Shown here in pieces: positions 1 to 9,352 of a stretch of 64,000 bases of DNA. The position numbers and the translations under genes are program-made. The notes beneath the pieces were generated by a model that saw nothing but the letters and a program-made list of their open reading frames with translations, searched no databases and had not been told where the DNA came from. Positions within the stretch are counted from its first letter, which is position 1; every line of letters starts with the position of its first letter. This stretch comes from Sinosporangium siamense (GTDB taxonomy: Bacteria > Actinomycetota > Actinomycetes > Streptosporangiales > Streptosporangiaceae), in NCBI RefSeq assembly GCF_016863435.1, contig NZ_BOOW01000056.1, forward strand, positions 16,717 to 80,716. The letters run 5' to 3'.

Positions 1-814
1 TCGTCACCCACCCCGACGACAGGAGCGCGAGCAGCGCGGGCGGGACCAGCCCGATGAAGAATCCGATATTGGGCACGAAGTTCGTGATGAACGCCAGCAG
101 CGCCCACAGCAGGGGCAGCGGCACACCGAGGATCCACAGCGCGATGCCATCGAACACCGCGACGATCAGCCCGAAGACCGTCGTGACGACGAGATAGCGT
201 ACGGTGCCCCGGCTGAACTCGCCGAGTGCCGCCACAAGGTGCGGACGCCCCGGGGCCAGCGCGCGGACGGCGTCTTGCAGGAACGGCGCATCCACATTCA
301 TGCCGAAGAGGATGAGCGTGACCAGCACCACCATCGTCCCGACGCTCAGCAGACCGGACAGGAAGCCCTGCAGGACGGGGATGATCTGGTTGGGGTCCAG
401 CTTCCCGATGACGTCTTTGACCTGGTCGGGAGTGATGCCGAGGCTGTGCACCCGCTCGGTGACGAACTTCAGCAGGCTCTCATATTGCGCGGTGTAGGCC
501 GGCAGCACGTCCACCAGCCGGACGACGGACCACACGAGCGAGCCCACCAGCAGGATCAGCACGAGGAAAACCACGACGAGCGGCAGCGCCACGACCAGCC
601 AGGTGCCGGCGCCGCGCCGCCGCAGCCAGGAGCGCAGCGGGTTCACCCCGATGGTCAGGGTCAGCGCGAGGAACGCCGGCCCGGCGATCTGGGCGGCGGC
701 CTTAAGCCCGGCCAGGGCGATCACCGCGGCCGCCGTGCCGATCAGCAGCCGCAGGCCACGCGAACCGCCCGTGACGGTCGCCAACAGTCTCTCCCCACCG
801 GGAACCGGTCGCAT
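1..814 (-). CDS. AI-2E family transporter (PerM/YhhT-like), partial; C-terminus lies beyond the window start
   Basis: Manual minus-strand translation from the ATG at 814 gives MRPVPGGERLLATVTGG... followed by multiple hydrophobic helices and ...FITNFVPNIGFFIGLVPPALL at the window edge, typical of AI-2E/PerM permeases. The plus-strand ORF 239..1144 is its antisense shadow. Confidence 0.55.
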   Translation of the reverse strand, partial: MRPVPGGERLLATVTGGSRGLRLLIGTAAAVIALAGLKAAAQIAGPAFLALTLTIGVNPLRSWLRRRGAGTWLVVALPLVVVFLVLILLVGSLVWSVVRLVDVLPAYTAQYESLLKFVTERVHSLGITPDQVKDVIGKLDPNQIIPVLQGFLSGLLSVGTMVVLVTLILFGMNVDAPFLQDAVRALAPGRPHLVAALGEFSRGTVRYLVVTTVFGLIVAVFDGIALWILGVPLPLLWALLAFITNFVPNIGFFIGLVPPALLALLSSGWVT

Positions 815-907
815 GCGGCTCCCCCCGGCGAACACGTGATCGCCGAGGGGATACCCGCAGCACCCGTACGACAAGATCAACTGTCGGCAAAGGCGTGCGG
901 GGCCGGA

Positions 908-985
908 TCAGCGAGCGTTGGGGCGCTTACCGTGGTTGGCCTTCTTCTTCTTCCTGGCCTTGCTCTTACGCGCACGTTTCGCCAT
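908..985 (-). CDS. Small Lys/Arg-rich basic protein (25 aa, MAKRARKSKARKKKKANHGKRPNAR)
   Basis: ATG at 985 preceded by GAGGAGAAG, a Shine-Dalgarno-like sequence at 7-nt spacing. TGA stop at 908-910. Composition resembles small ribosome-associated or stress-related basic peptides of actinobacteria. Not in the supplied ORF track. Confidence 0.35.
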   Translation of the reverse strand: MAKRARKSKARKKKKANHGKRPNAR

Positions 986-1360
986 GGACTTCTCCTCGTC
1001 GTGGCTCCGGCGGTGATGCTCGGTCAGTGTCCAACCTGCCTGGCTTCCGCCGTACGGCACAAGCCCCCGGGGCCGAGAAATCGATCAAGACCGGGCCTGT
1101 TTCCCGCCGCGATCAACTCGGGATCATCACAGAACGATCAATAGTTCATTTCAACTTAAAGTCGCATAACCGAGACTTTACTACTACCATCCCTCAGGCA
1201 CCTGTTATCGCAACAGGTGCACCGCCTAATCCCGGGCGCCTCGCCAGGGAACCGGGGACCCAAAAGCACTTGGGGTGAATCCACGGCACAAATGCCTCGG
1301 TAGGGCTGCTCCGGCCCGAACCCGTCAGCTAACCCGGTCGGCAGAAGGAGAGGAGAACAC

Positions 1361-2425
1361 GTGGCGGACCTGTCCCCCACGTCCCACCCCCACGCCACAG
1401 GCCGCACGAAATATCGCGGCAGGCACCGTGCCCCCCACACCCCCGCCACCGCCTATGTCGCCGTCTGCGCCTCCGCGGCGCTGACCCTCACCCTCGGCAC
1501 GGCGACCGCCTCCACCGCCACCTCGGGGGCACCCCCCGCCACCGCGCAGGACCCCAAACCGAGCGAGTCCGGGCTTCGCGCGGAACTGAAGAAGACCCAG
1601 GAGAGGGTCGACGCCCTCATCGAGGACTACAACGCCAAGCGGGTGGCCCTCGCCGACGTGCGCAAGTCGGAAGAGGCCGCCAAGAGGCAGCTTGAGCAGG
1701 CCGAACTCGAGTACAAACTGGCGGAGGACCGGGTCGCCAGGGTCGTCCAGCTGCAATATCAGGCGGGAAGCAGCGGCATGGCCGCGCTGATCGCGAGCGA
1801 GAACGTCGACGGCGCCGCGCTGCTGGAGCAGATGGCGGCCGAGCAGACCGCCGACGTGACGGGCTTCGCCCAGGCACGGGACCGCAGGCGCATCGCGACC
1901 GAGACCGCCGCGAAGATCACCGAGCGCGTCCAGACGGAGGCCGCCGAGATCGAGAAGCAGCGCGAAGAGGCGCTCACCCTGATCGACGACATCGAGAAGA
2001 AGCTCGACCGGCTCGTGCCGGTCGGCTCGGGCCGGCGCGCCAACGGCAGCTGGGCACCGCAGCTGCCCACGGGCTCGGACAACATCACCGCGCGCACGCG
2101 CTCGATGCGCGAGCTGATCATGCGGCGCTTCAGCCTCGCCTACGACGTGGGCTGCTATCGCATCGACAACTACGGCGAGCACCCGCTGGGGCGCGCCTGC
2201 GACTTCATGCTCTCCGCCACCGGCTCGATGCCGTCGGCCGAGCAGGCCGCCCTGGGCGACGAGATCGCGGCGTGGACCGTCAAGAACGGCAAGAAGCTCG
2301 GCGTGAAGTACGTGATCTACCGGCAGCGCATCTACAACATGAGCATGCCGGGCTGGCGCTCGATGTCCGACCGGGGCAGCATCACCGAGAACCACTTCGA
2401 CCACGTGCACATCTCCATGCACTAA
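1361..2425 (+). CDS. Secreted protein: signal peptide, coiled-coil region and a conserved C-terminal domain of unknown function
   Basis: GTG start preceded by GAAGGAGAGGAG. Hydrophobic AAVCASAALTLTLGTATA signal-like segment. Long E/A/K/R-rich heptad-like stretch (LEQAELEYKLAEDRVARVV...). C-terminal ~130 aa (GCYRIDNYGEHPLGRACDF...HFDHVHISMH) looks like a compact globular domain. Confidence 0.55.
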   Translation: MADLSPTSHPHATGRTKYRGRHRAPHTPATAYVAVCASAALTLTLGTATASTATSGAPPATAQDPKPSESGLRAELKKTQERVDALIEDYNAKRVALADVRKSEEAAKRQLEQAELEYKLAEDRVARVVQLQYQAGSSGMAALIASENVDGAALLEQMAAEQTADVTGFAQARDRRRIATETAAKITERVQTEAAEIEKQREEALTLIDDIEKKLDRLVPVGSGRRANGSWAPQLPTGSDNITARTRSMRELIMRRFSLAYDVGCYRIDNYGEHPLGRACDFMLSATGSMPSAEQAALGDEIAAWTVKNGKKLGVKYVIYRQRIYNMSMPGWRSMSDRGSITENHFDHVHISMH

Positions 2426-2428
2426 GGG

Positions 2429-3088
2429 CTATTCACGCTTTCGCGGGACGAGCAGCCCTTGGTTGAACGCCTCGGTGACGGCGGCGGCGCGGTCCCCCAC
2501 ACCGAGCTTGGTGTAGATGTTCAGAAGGTGACTCTTGACCGTGGCCTCGGTGATGAAGAGCCGCGCGGCCACCTCGCGGTTGGTGTTCCCTGCCGCCACG
2601 AGTTCGAGGACCTCGAGCTCGCGCCGGCTGAGCAGTTGCGGCGCGGGGGTCCTGACCCGGTTCATCAGCAGTGCCGCCACCGAGGGGGACAGGACGCTCT
2701 CGCCCTTGGCGGCGGCTCGCGCACCTCGCAGCAGGTCCTCCCGAGGGGAGTCCTTGAGAAGGTAGCCGGTCGCACCGGCCTCGATCGCCGGCAGCACGTG
2801 GGCGTCGGTGTCGTAGGTGGTCAGAACCAGCACACGCGAGGTGACGCCGAGCCTGGTCAACTCGGTGATCGCGCTCAGGCCGTCCATGCCCGGCATACGC
2901 AGGTCCATCAGGATCACGTCGGGCCGGAGCTCCTGGGCGAGTCGTACGGCTGTCGCGCCGTCCGCGGCCTCGCCCAGCACCTCGAATCCGGGCGCGGAGG
3001 CGAACATGCTGCTCAGCCCGTCCCTGACGACGGGATGGTCGTCCGCGATCAGCAGCCGGATCGGGATCTCGGCCGCGTGTTCTGTCAT
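2429..3088 (-). CDS. NarL/LuxR-family two-component response regulator
   Basis: Receiver motifs (LLIADDHPVVRDGL, DVILMDLRMPGMDG, KDSPREDL) plus C-terminal LuxR HTH (LSRRELEVLELVAAGNTNREVAARLFITEATVKSHL). Confidence 0.9.
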   Translation of the reverse strand: MTEHAAEIPIRLLIADDHPVVRDGLSSMFASAPGFEVLGEAADGATAVRLAQELRPDVILMDLRMPGMDGLSAITELTRLGVTSRVLVLTTYDTDAHVLPAIEAGATGYLLKDSPREDLLRGARAAAKGESVLSPSVAALLMNRVRTPAPQLLSRRELEVLELVAAGNTNREVAARLFITEATVKSHLLNIYTKLGVGDRAAAVTEAFNQGLLVPRKRE

Positions 3089-4389
3089 GCGTGGCTCCCG
3101 GCCGGCGGGATGGGGATGCAGGCCGAGATCCCGGTGCCGGCGCCGGGCTCCGACTCGATCCGCAGGCTTCCGGAGAGCCCTTCGACGCGCTGGCGCATGA
3201 TGGTCAGGCCGAATCCGCCGCCTCGGGGCGACGGCTCCGAGCCGCCGTTCGCCGCCGTGCCGGCTTCGAGACCCGCGGGTTCGAAACCCCTGCCGTCGTC
3301 ACGCACGTCCAGCGCCACCTCGTGCTCCAGGTAGGACAGCGTCACCCCGACTCTGGCCGCGTGCGCGTGCTTGGCGACGTTGGCCAGTGCCTCCTGAGCC
3401 GTGCGCAGCAGTGCGAACTCCGCCTCCGGCGCCATCGGCCGCGCGGTGCCGGTCGTCGTGACCTGGACGGCGAGCCCGTGCAGCTTCGACCACCGGTCTG
3501 CGACGTCGGCGAGTGCGTCGCTCAGACGGGCGGTTTCCAGCTGCTCGGGCCTGAGCGCGTCCACCGAGCGCCGGGCCTCGGCCAGGCTTTCCCTGGCCAG
3601 GGTCTTGACCGCGGCGAAGGGCCGGCTCCACGGTGCCGGGACCTCGTGCATCTGCTCGGCCGCCTGGAGCTGCGCGATGATCCCGGTGAGCCCCTGGGCC
3701 AGCGTGTCGTGGATTTCCCGTGCCATGCGCTGACGCTCGTCGTGGACCCCCGCCTCCCGGGCTTGGGCGAGCAGTTGGGCGTGCAGGCCGGCGTTCTCGG
3801 CGAGGGTCGCCTCCAGCAGCCGGTTCGTCCGGCTCAGCTCGGCGAGGGCGTGCTCACGCTGCTCCTTCTCCCTCTCGGCGAGCCGGAGAACCCAGGCGGT
3901 GGCGCTCATGAGGGCGACGTTGGCGACGACGATGGTCACGGCCAGAGTGAGGCCGAGGCCGGTCATCCTGTCCACGCCCGAGGCCTGTGCGGCACCGGCC
4001 ACAACCGCCGTGGCCGCCGCGCCCGGCAGCCGCCACGGCCAGGGGAGAACGGTGAAGGCGTAGATGTAGGGCGCGGGGGTGAACAACCCGAACATGGGAT
4101 CCCGTGCCACCAGGAGCGCTGTGATCACCAGCAGGCCGGTGAAGAACACCCCCATGATCCGCGGCCGATCCCACCAGGCGGGACGCAGGGTGAACATGCC
4201 GAGCATCCATGCCGCGGCCAGCCCGCACAGACCGAGATCGATGAGCGGGGACTCACCGGCCGAAGGCCCTCTGAACACCTTTAAGGCGGCAAGTGCGGCC
4301 AGCAACGAGTAGGGCACCACAGTGATCAGGAGGAACGGTTGTTCTTCCCGCACCGCCGCCCAGAGCCCGGGCCGCCTGCGCCTGCTCAC
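3085..4389 (-). CDS. Sensor histidine kinase (HisKA_3/NarX-type), partner of the adjacent NarL-type regulator
   Basis: N-terminal TM helices. H-box REIHDTLAQGLTGI and HATPase motifs (DDGRGF, GGFGLTIMRQRVE). Stop overlaps the response-regulator start (ATGA at 3085-3088). Confidence 0.85.
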   Translation of the reverse strand: MSRRRRPGLWAAVREEQPFLLITVVPYSLLAALAALKVFRGPSAGESPLIDLGLCGLAAAWMLGMFTLRPAWWDRPRIMGVFFTGLLVITALLVARDPMFGLFTPAPYIYAFTVLPWPWRLPGAAATAVVAGAAQASGVDRMTGLGLTLAVTIVVANVALMSATAWVLRLAEREKEQREHALAELSRTNRLLEATLAENAGLHAQLLAQAREAGVHDERQRMAREIHDTLAQGLTGIIAQLQAAEQMHEVPAPWSRPFAAVKTLARESLAEARRSVDALRPEQLETARLSDALADVADRWSKLHGLAVQVTTTGTARPMAPEAEFALLRTAQEALANVAKHAHAARVGVTLSYLEHEVALDVRDDGRGFEPAGLEAGTAANGGSEPSPRGGGFGLTIMRQRVEGLSGSLRIESEPGAGTGISACIPIPPAGSHA

Positions 4390-4413
4390 GATCCCCTCCT
4401 CCCCGCGCCGAGT

Positions 4414-5199
4414 CTATTCCCAGCGAAACCAGCGAACCGCGATGAGCGAGCACCCGGCCGCGTAGGCCGTCAAGATGACGAGAGGGAGGATAGACGGGAA
4501 ATTCCCCTGGTAGGCGTCCTGGAATGCACGCATGCCCGCGCCGAGCGGGGTGTAGTAGCTGATGGTCTGCAGCACCGGGGGCATCTGCGGAATCGGCACC
4601 CAGAGCCCGGCGAAGAACATCAACGGGAAGAACAACACCGTGCCGATCGCCGAGGCCGGACCGCGCCCGGGCGCGAGCGCGGTGATCAGCAGGCCGATCG
4701 AGAGCAGCGCGGCGGCGGCGAGCAGCCAGGCGACGGCGAAGCCGAAGGGGTTCCGCGGCAGGTCGACGCCGAAGCCGAGCCCGGCCACCGCGAGGAAGAG
4801 GATCATCGCGACCAGCGCGATGGCGAAGCTGGCCACGAGCTGGGCGGTGAGCACGCGGGCCGGCCCGATCGGCGTGGTCCGCAGGCGCCGCAGCACGCCG
4901 CTCTCCCGATATCCCGCGAGCGTGATCGGCAGGGCGGCCGTGGCCAGAATGGCCAGGTTGAACAAGATCAGGACAGGCACGTAGAAGTCGAAGTACGTCA
5001 GGCCGCCGCCGCCCTCCACGGGTTCTCGCAAGGTGGGGATGGCGCCGAGGATGATCAGCACGATCAGCGGGAAGCCGACGCCCCAGAGGGGGGCGACCTT
5101 GTCGCGGAGGCACAACTTGCTCTCGGCCTTGATGAGCCGCCACGTCGCGGAACCGTGATCGGCGGTGACGGGGACGGCGGCGGCGTTCGGGGCTGGCAC
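4414..5199 (-). CDS. ABC-2 type transporter permease
   Basis: Six hydrophobic segments. Sits immediately downstream of the ABC ATPase gene, the typical exporter arrangement. Confidence 0.75.
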   Translation of the reverse strand: MPAPNAAAVPVTADHGSATWRLIKAESKLCLRDKVAPLWGVGFPLIVLIILGAIPTLREPVEGGGGLTYFDFYVPVLILFNLAILATAALPITLAGYRESGVLRRLRTTPIGPARVLTAQLVASFAIALVAMILFLAVAGLGFGVDLPRNPFGFAVAWLLAAAALLSIGLLITALAPGRGPASAIGTVLFFPLMFFAGLWVPIPQMPPVLQTISYYTPLGAGMRAFQDAYQGNFPSILPLVILTAYAAGCSLIAVRWFRWE

Positions 5200-5235
5200 G
5201 GGTGCGGCCTTCTCTCTGCTGCGGGGGTCGGATGC

Positions 5236-6150
5236 CTAGTGGGGATCGAGGCGTTTGCCGGTCAGCTGGACGAACGCGTCCTCCAGGCTGGCCTGCTCGA
5301 CGCGCAGGCGATGGGCCACGATCTGGTTGCGGGCGAGTACGGCGGTGACGGCGTTGAGCGCGTTGTCGTTGCCGGTGACGACGACCAGCTCGCCCCGGCG
5401 GGTGACGCTGGAGACGTCGGACAGGCTCGTCAGCAGCCGGTCGTCCAACGGCGCGGACGGCCGGAACTGGATCCGCTGCTCGATGCGGGCCCGTTCGGTC
5501 AGGCCGGCCGGGGTGTCCACCGTGACGACGCGGCCGGCGTCGATCAGAGCCAGCCGGTCACACAGCCGCTCGGCCTCCTCCATGAAGTGGGTGACCAGCA
5601 GGATCGTCACCCCACGGGAGCGCACGCCCTCGATCAGGTCCCAGGTGTCGCGCCTGGCCTGCGGGTCGAGGCCGGTGGTGAGCTCGTCGAGGATCGCCAC
5701 CTTGGGGTTGCCGACGAGCGCCAGCGCGATCGAAAGGCGCTGCTTCTGGCCGCCGGACAGCTTGGCGTACCTGGTCTTCGCCTTGTCCGCCAGGCCGAGG
5801 CCGTGCATCAGCGCGCGCCAGTCGGCCGGCTGGGGATAGAAGGAGCTGTAAAGCTCCAGGGCCTCGGCGACCTGCAGCCGCTCGGGGAGCTGGCCGGCCT
5901 GCAACTGGACGCCGAGCCGCCGGGTCAGCTCGGCCCGATCCCGGAGGGGGTCGAGCCCGAGCACCGTGATCTCGCCCCGGTCGGGCGTGCGGAGGCCCTC
6001 GATGCACTCCACGGTCGTGGTCTTGCCTGCCCCGTTCGGGCCGAGAATCCCGAAGATCTCACCCTCCTGAACGGTGAGCGAGACATCGTCGACCGCGACC
6101 TTGTCCTCATAGCGTTTGTGGAGGTTGCGTACCTCGATCACTGGTGGCAT
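5236..6150 (-). CDS. ABC transporter ATP-binding protein (DrrA-like)
   Basis: Walker A GPNGAGKTT, ABC signature LSGGQKQRLSIA, Walker B ILDELTTGLD. The ORF track starts it at 6177; the MPPVIEV start at 6150 is more likely. Confidence 0.9.
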   Translation of the reverse strand: MPPVIEVRNLHKRYEDKVAVDDVSLTVQEGEIFGILGPNGAGKTTTVECIEGLRTPDRGEITVLGLDPLRDRAELTRRLGVQLQAGQLPERLQVAEALELYSSFYPQPADWRALMHGLGLADKAKTRYAKLSGGQKQRLSIALALVGNPKVAILDELTTGLDPQARRDTWDLIEGVRSRGVTILLVTHFMEEAERLCDRLALIDAGRVVTVDTPAGLTERARIEQRIQFRPSAPLDDRLLTSLSDVSSVTRRGELVVVTGNDNALNAVTAVLARNQIVAHRLRVEQASLEDAFVQLTGKRLDPH

Positions 6151-6477
6151 GCGGGCGTCCTTCCGTGCTCGGCCCATCGGCGATTGACTGCGTTCAGCCT
6201 GCTATGACCAGCACTTCTTCCAACACCGACCAGGAGACGGGACCTGATTGCCGAACGGCTGGGGTGTCGACTCAACCGATCGGCGGATCGCCATCCGCCT
6301 GCCCGTCCCTCTCGCCCCGTCGACCCTCAGGGCTCCTACTAAAGAGACATCCGCTGTATCGGTCGAACGATGTGAACGCGGCCCCCCTCCTCCAGGGTGG
6401 TTGCCATGCCACAAACAGTTACGAACCACCAGTTCAGCCGAATATTCACAACCCCTGCGCTGGTGCACCGCGACGCC

Positions 6478-6876
6478 TCCACCTGGATGACTATGTCTAC
6501 GGCGCGTTAGGCGCCAAGGCGGCCGGGTTCCTGCTGAAGGACACCGCGCCCCGCGACCTCATCGCCGCCGTCCGCGCTGTGGCCGAGGGCAGTGCGATGC
6601 TCTTCCCCACGGTGACCAGGCGCGTGATCGACACCTTCGCCGGGCGCGAGTCCCCCCGGCACCGCCGCCGCCCGCGAGCGCCTCGCCGCCCTCACCGGCC
6701 GCGAGCGAGAGGTCGCCGGCGCCGTCGCCCGCGGCCTGTCCAACGCCGAGATCGCCCGCGAGCTGGACATGAGCGAAACCACCGTCAAGGCGCACGTCAG
6801 CCGTGCCCTGGCCAAACTCGGCCTGAGCAACCGCGTGCAGGTCGCCCTGCTCATCCGCCGCCGGCTGACCAGGCAC
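6478..6876 (+). pseudogene. Remnant of a LuxR/NarL-family response regulator: receiver domain truncated, frameshift near 6650-6670
   Basis: Frame 0 encodes only the end of a receiver domain (YVYGALGAKAAGFLLKDTAPRDLIAAVRAVAEG). The LuxR HTH ([45 protein letters not shown]) continues in frame +1 after a C-tract at 6650-6662. No N-terminal receiver or start codon. Confidence 0.55.
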
Positions 6877-6894
6877 TCCCCGGGCGGCGACGGG

Positions 6895-7395
6895 TCAGCC
6901 TGTGCCCGCCCTCGCGGCCTGGAGGGCTTCCTTGAGGTGGTGTTCGGCCTCATTGCTGAGGCTTGTCTTGATGAGGCGTCCGCCGTACGGAGCGACGGCC
7001 TCGATCACCTTGTCCCGGGTGCCGCCCATGATGAGGACGAACAGGGCCGCCGCCCCGGGATGGAGCTCTTTGCCCAGCTCGCGCATGAACTTGTCGTCGA
7101 TGCCTACGTCGGTCATGGCTCCGGCCGCCGCGCCGGTGGCTGCGCCGACCGCCATGCCGATGAGCGGCATGAAGAGCAGGAGACCGATGAGGCCACCCCA
7201 GAGGGCACCGCCCGCGGCGCCGATGCCGACGGTGCTGCGCGACTGATGGAGTTTGATCTTCCCGTCGGTGGTCCGCTCGGCGAGCGCCATGTCGGCGATC
7301 TCGATGAGGTGCTCCTTCTGGAGCTCGGCGAGCTTGTCGCGCACTCGTTCCGCGGCGGGAACGCTGTCGTAGGCGACGGCGAATAGGTTGGCCAT
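6895..7395 (-). CDS. DUF1269-like membrane protein (general-stress-type)
   Basis: [11 protein letters not shown]... N-terminus and Gly-zipper TM segment ([34 protein letters not shown]), characteristic of the DUF1269 family. Confidence 0.7.
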   Translation of the reverse strand: MANLFAVAYDSVPAAERVRDKLAELQKEHLIEIADMALAERTTDGKIKLHQSRSTVGIGAAGGALWGGLIGLLLFMPLIGMAVGAATGAAAGAMTDVGIDDKFMRELGKELHPGAAALFVLIMGGTRDKVIEAVAPYGGRLIKTSLSNEAEHHLKEALQAARAGTG

Positions 7396-7462
7396 GAAAT
7401 CCCCCGATTTTCACGTACCAGAAACATCACGGTATTCCTCCCCATAGGGGAGGTGCCCAACC

Positions 7463-8410
7463 TCAGCCGCGCGCCCGGACCGAGGAGACCACCGTGTTGA
7501 TGTGGCGCCAGCGCTTGCGCTGGGAGTCGGGGATCGTCACGAACACCAGCGCCGGCTTGGCCTTCTTGGTCTTCACGAGGAGCACTGCGGCCATCGAGGA
7601 CCGCTTCTTGCCCTTCACCTTGTACTTGACGCGGTAGACCAGCAGCCAGCCCTTCTTCTTGAAGGACTGCGAGGCGACCCATGTGATCTTGCCGCCCTTG
7701 GGGTGCCGCTTCAGGCTCCAGCGTGCGGCGAGCAGGGCCGTGTCACGCGGTTTGGCCTGGACGGCCACCGGCACCGGCAGGCTCACCAGCATCGCGCCGC
7801 GCACCTTGCGCTGCACCTGCCGGGTCGCGTACGGCTTGGCCCGGGTGACCCTCCACGGCTTGCCGAGCCGGGGCAGCACGACGGCCGAGCGCTTGTCGGT
7901 CAGCCGCTTCTTCACCCGCATCGGCTTGCCCGGCGGCTTCTTGAGCTTCAGCGTGCGTTTCGGCAGCTTGGGGATGCGCTTGTCGGCCAGCGCGACCTTG
8001 AGCGCCTTGCTCGCGGGCCTGGCGGCGGCCGGCATCGAGGGGCTGGGGCTGCCGGAGGGGACCGGAACGGCGGGCACGGCGGCGGGGGGTGAGGCGGGCA
8101 CGGGCGGAGTGGCGGCCGGGGGCTGCCCCGGCGGGACCGCTCCAGCGGGCGGCGAGGCCCCCGCGAGATGAGAGGGAGCCGCGGTCTGCTCGGGGACCGC
8201 CCCACCCGACCGGTCGCGCACGGTGAACACGACCACCGCGACGGTGACCACGGCGACCGCGACCACGACGACGGCGATCTTGTAGATCACGCGCATCGGC
8301 AGGTCGCCGACCTGCGAAAGGAGGGATCGGCGGCGGGGTGGGGCGGGCGGTGGAGGAGGCGGCTCCTCGACGGTGATTTTGGGGATCGGCGCGGTTTCCG
8401 CCTCCGCCAT
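7463..8410 (-). CDS. Membrane-anchored hypothetical protein with Pro/Ala-rich linker and Lys/Arg-rich C-terminal domain
   Basis: Single TM helix (IAVVVVAVAVVTVAVVVF), then a PAGAVPPGQPPAATPPVP linker, then a basic ~200-aa domain. Start taken at the internal MAEAE (8410); alternatives up to 8497. Confidence 0.45.
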   Translation of the reverse strand: MAEAETAPIPKITVEEPPPPPPAPPRRRSLLSQVGDLPMRVIYKIAVVVVAVAVVTVAVVVFTVRDRSGGAVPEQTAAPSHLAGASPPAGAVPPGQPPAATPPVPASPPAAVPAVPVPSGSPSPSMPAAARPASKALKVALADKRIPKLPKRTLKLKKPPGKPMRVKKRLTDKRSAVVLPRLGKPWRVTRAKPYATRQVQRKVRGAMLVSLPVPVAVQAKPRDTALLAARWSLKRHPKGGKITWVASQSFKKKGWLLVYRVKYKVKGKKRSSMAAVLLVKTKKAKPALVFVTIPDSQRKRWRHINTVVSSVRARG

Positions 8411-8618
8411 CACATGTGTCGGTATCCGGCCCGTCTCGCGAGCCTCTCGCGTCCCACCCACCCCATCGAGCACGTTCGGGAGCGTACGACAAATCACACG
8501 GTTGCGTCGGGTTTCACAGTCACACTTCGGGAACAGGTGGGTTCATATTGGCCCGCTCCAAAAGCCTGTGACGTGGTGATTCTTACCAAAGCTCCGGACC
8601 GGCGGTCAGGCCCGGCGC

Positions 8619-9317
8619 TCAGGTGCGCCGCATCGGTCCCGCCGCCGACGCACGCCCCCGTTCGCCAAACCAGGGCATATCCGCCACAACCGTTCGGGAT
8701 CCCGGCTCGACCTCCGTATAACCGGCGTCACGCACCACAGGCCGGTCCTCCGCCGCCAGCTCCTCCCAGCGCTCCTTCGACGCCACGCGTACGGCACAGC
8801 GCAGCCCGGCCGCCCGCCACACCTCGCGGTCGTCCTCGCCGGTCGCCCACCACGCGAGCTGAGCCGCGTGCCCTACCTGGGCCATGGCCTTGCCCGCCGA
8901 CATCTCCAGCGCGGGGTTGAGCCACAGCACCACCAGGCCGTCGCCGGGCGGTCCCGGCGGCTCGGCGTCCTCCAGCTCGGTGCCCTTCACCTGAAGCCTC
9001 GACAACTCCTTCGGCCAGCCGTCCAGCGGGACAGGCGGGTGCACCCGGACCTCGGCGCCGTCCACCTCGACCGTGATGCCGGGCAGATCGAGCACTTTGC
9101 GCCACTCGGCGCCTCTGGCCCGGCGCACGACCTTCCTGATGCCCCTGTGCTCCCACGCCGCCACGGCCTCGGCCCACTCCCCCGACGCGCTCCGGGGATC
9201 GTTGAGCAGGGTGAGCACGGCGAGCGCGGCCGCCTCCAGGGCCGCCGTGCGCCCGGGGGGCGCGGCCCGCTCGATGCGCACCACCAGCGGCAGCACCCTG
9301 CGCTCTGAGTCTTCCAT
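8619..9317 (-). CDS. Protein with C-terminal PTH2-like (peptidyl-tRNA hydrolase 2) domain and an unknown N-terminal domain
   Basis: EMSAGKAMAQVGHAAQLAWW and DAGYTEVEPGSRTVVADMP match PTH2 core motifs (GK.AAQ.HA ... DAG.T.i..gt.Tv). ATG at 9317 (MEDSERRVLP). The longer 8619..9887 track ORF is a frame artefact overlapping the TetR gene. Confidence 0.5.
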   Translation of the reverse strand: MEDSERRVLPLVVRIERAAPPGRTAALEAAALAVLTLLNDPRSASGEWAEAVAAWEHRGIRKVVRRARGAEWRKVLDLPGITVEVDGAEVRVHPPVPLDGWPKELSRLQVKGTELEDAEPPGPPGDGLVVLWLNPALEMSAGKAMAQVGHAAQLAWWATGEDDREVWRAAGLRCAVRVASKERWEELAAEDRPVVRDAGYTEVEPGSRTVVADMPWFGERGRASAAGPMRRT

Positions 9318-9352
9318 GCCTTCAGCATGCCGCACGCCGGCCGCCGGGGGGC

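Noticed and set aside
239-1144. 301-aa plus-strand ORF and nested ORFs 204..497 and 603..839
   Set aside because: Antisense shadow of the minus-strand AI-2E transporter gene, a typical high-GC frame artefact. The product is His/Arg/Asp-rich nonsense.
6769-7386. 205-aa plus-strand ORF
   Set aside because: Only the first ~35 codons (LuxR HTH remnant) look genuine. The rest is antisense to the well-supported DUF1269 gene.
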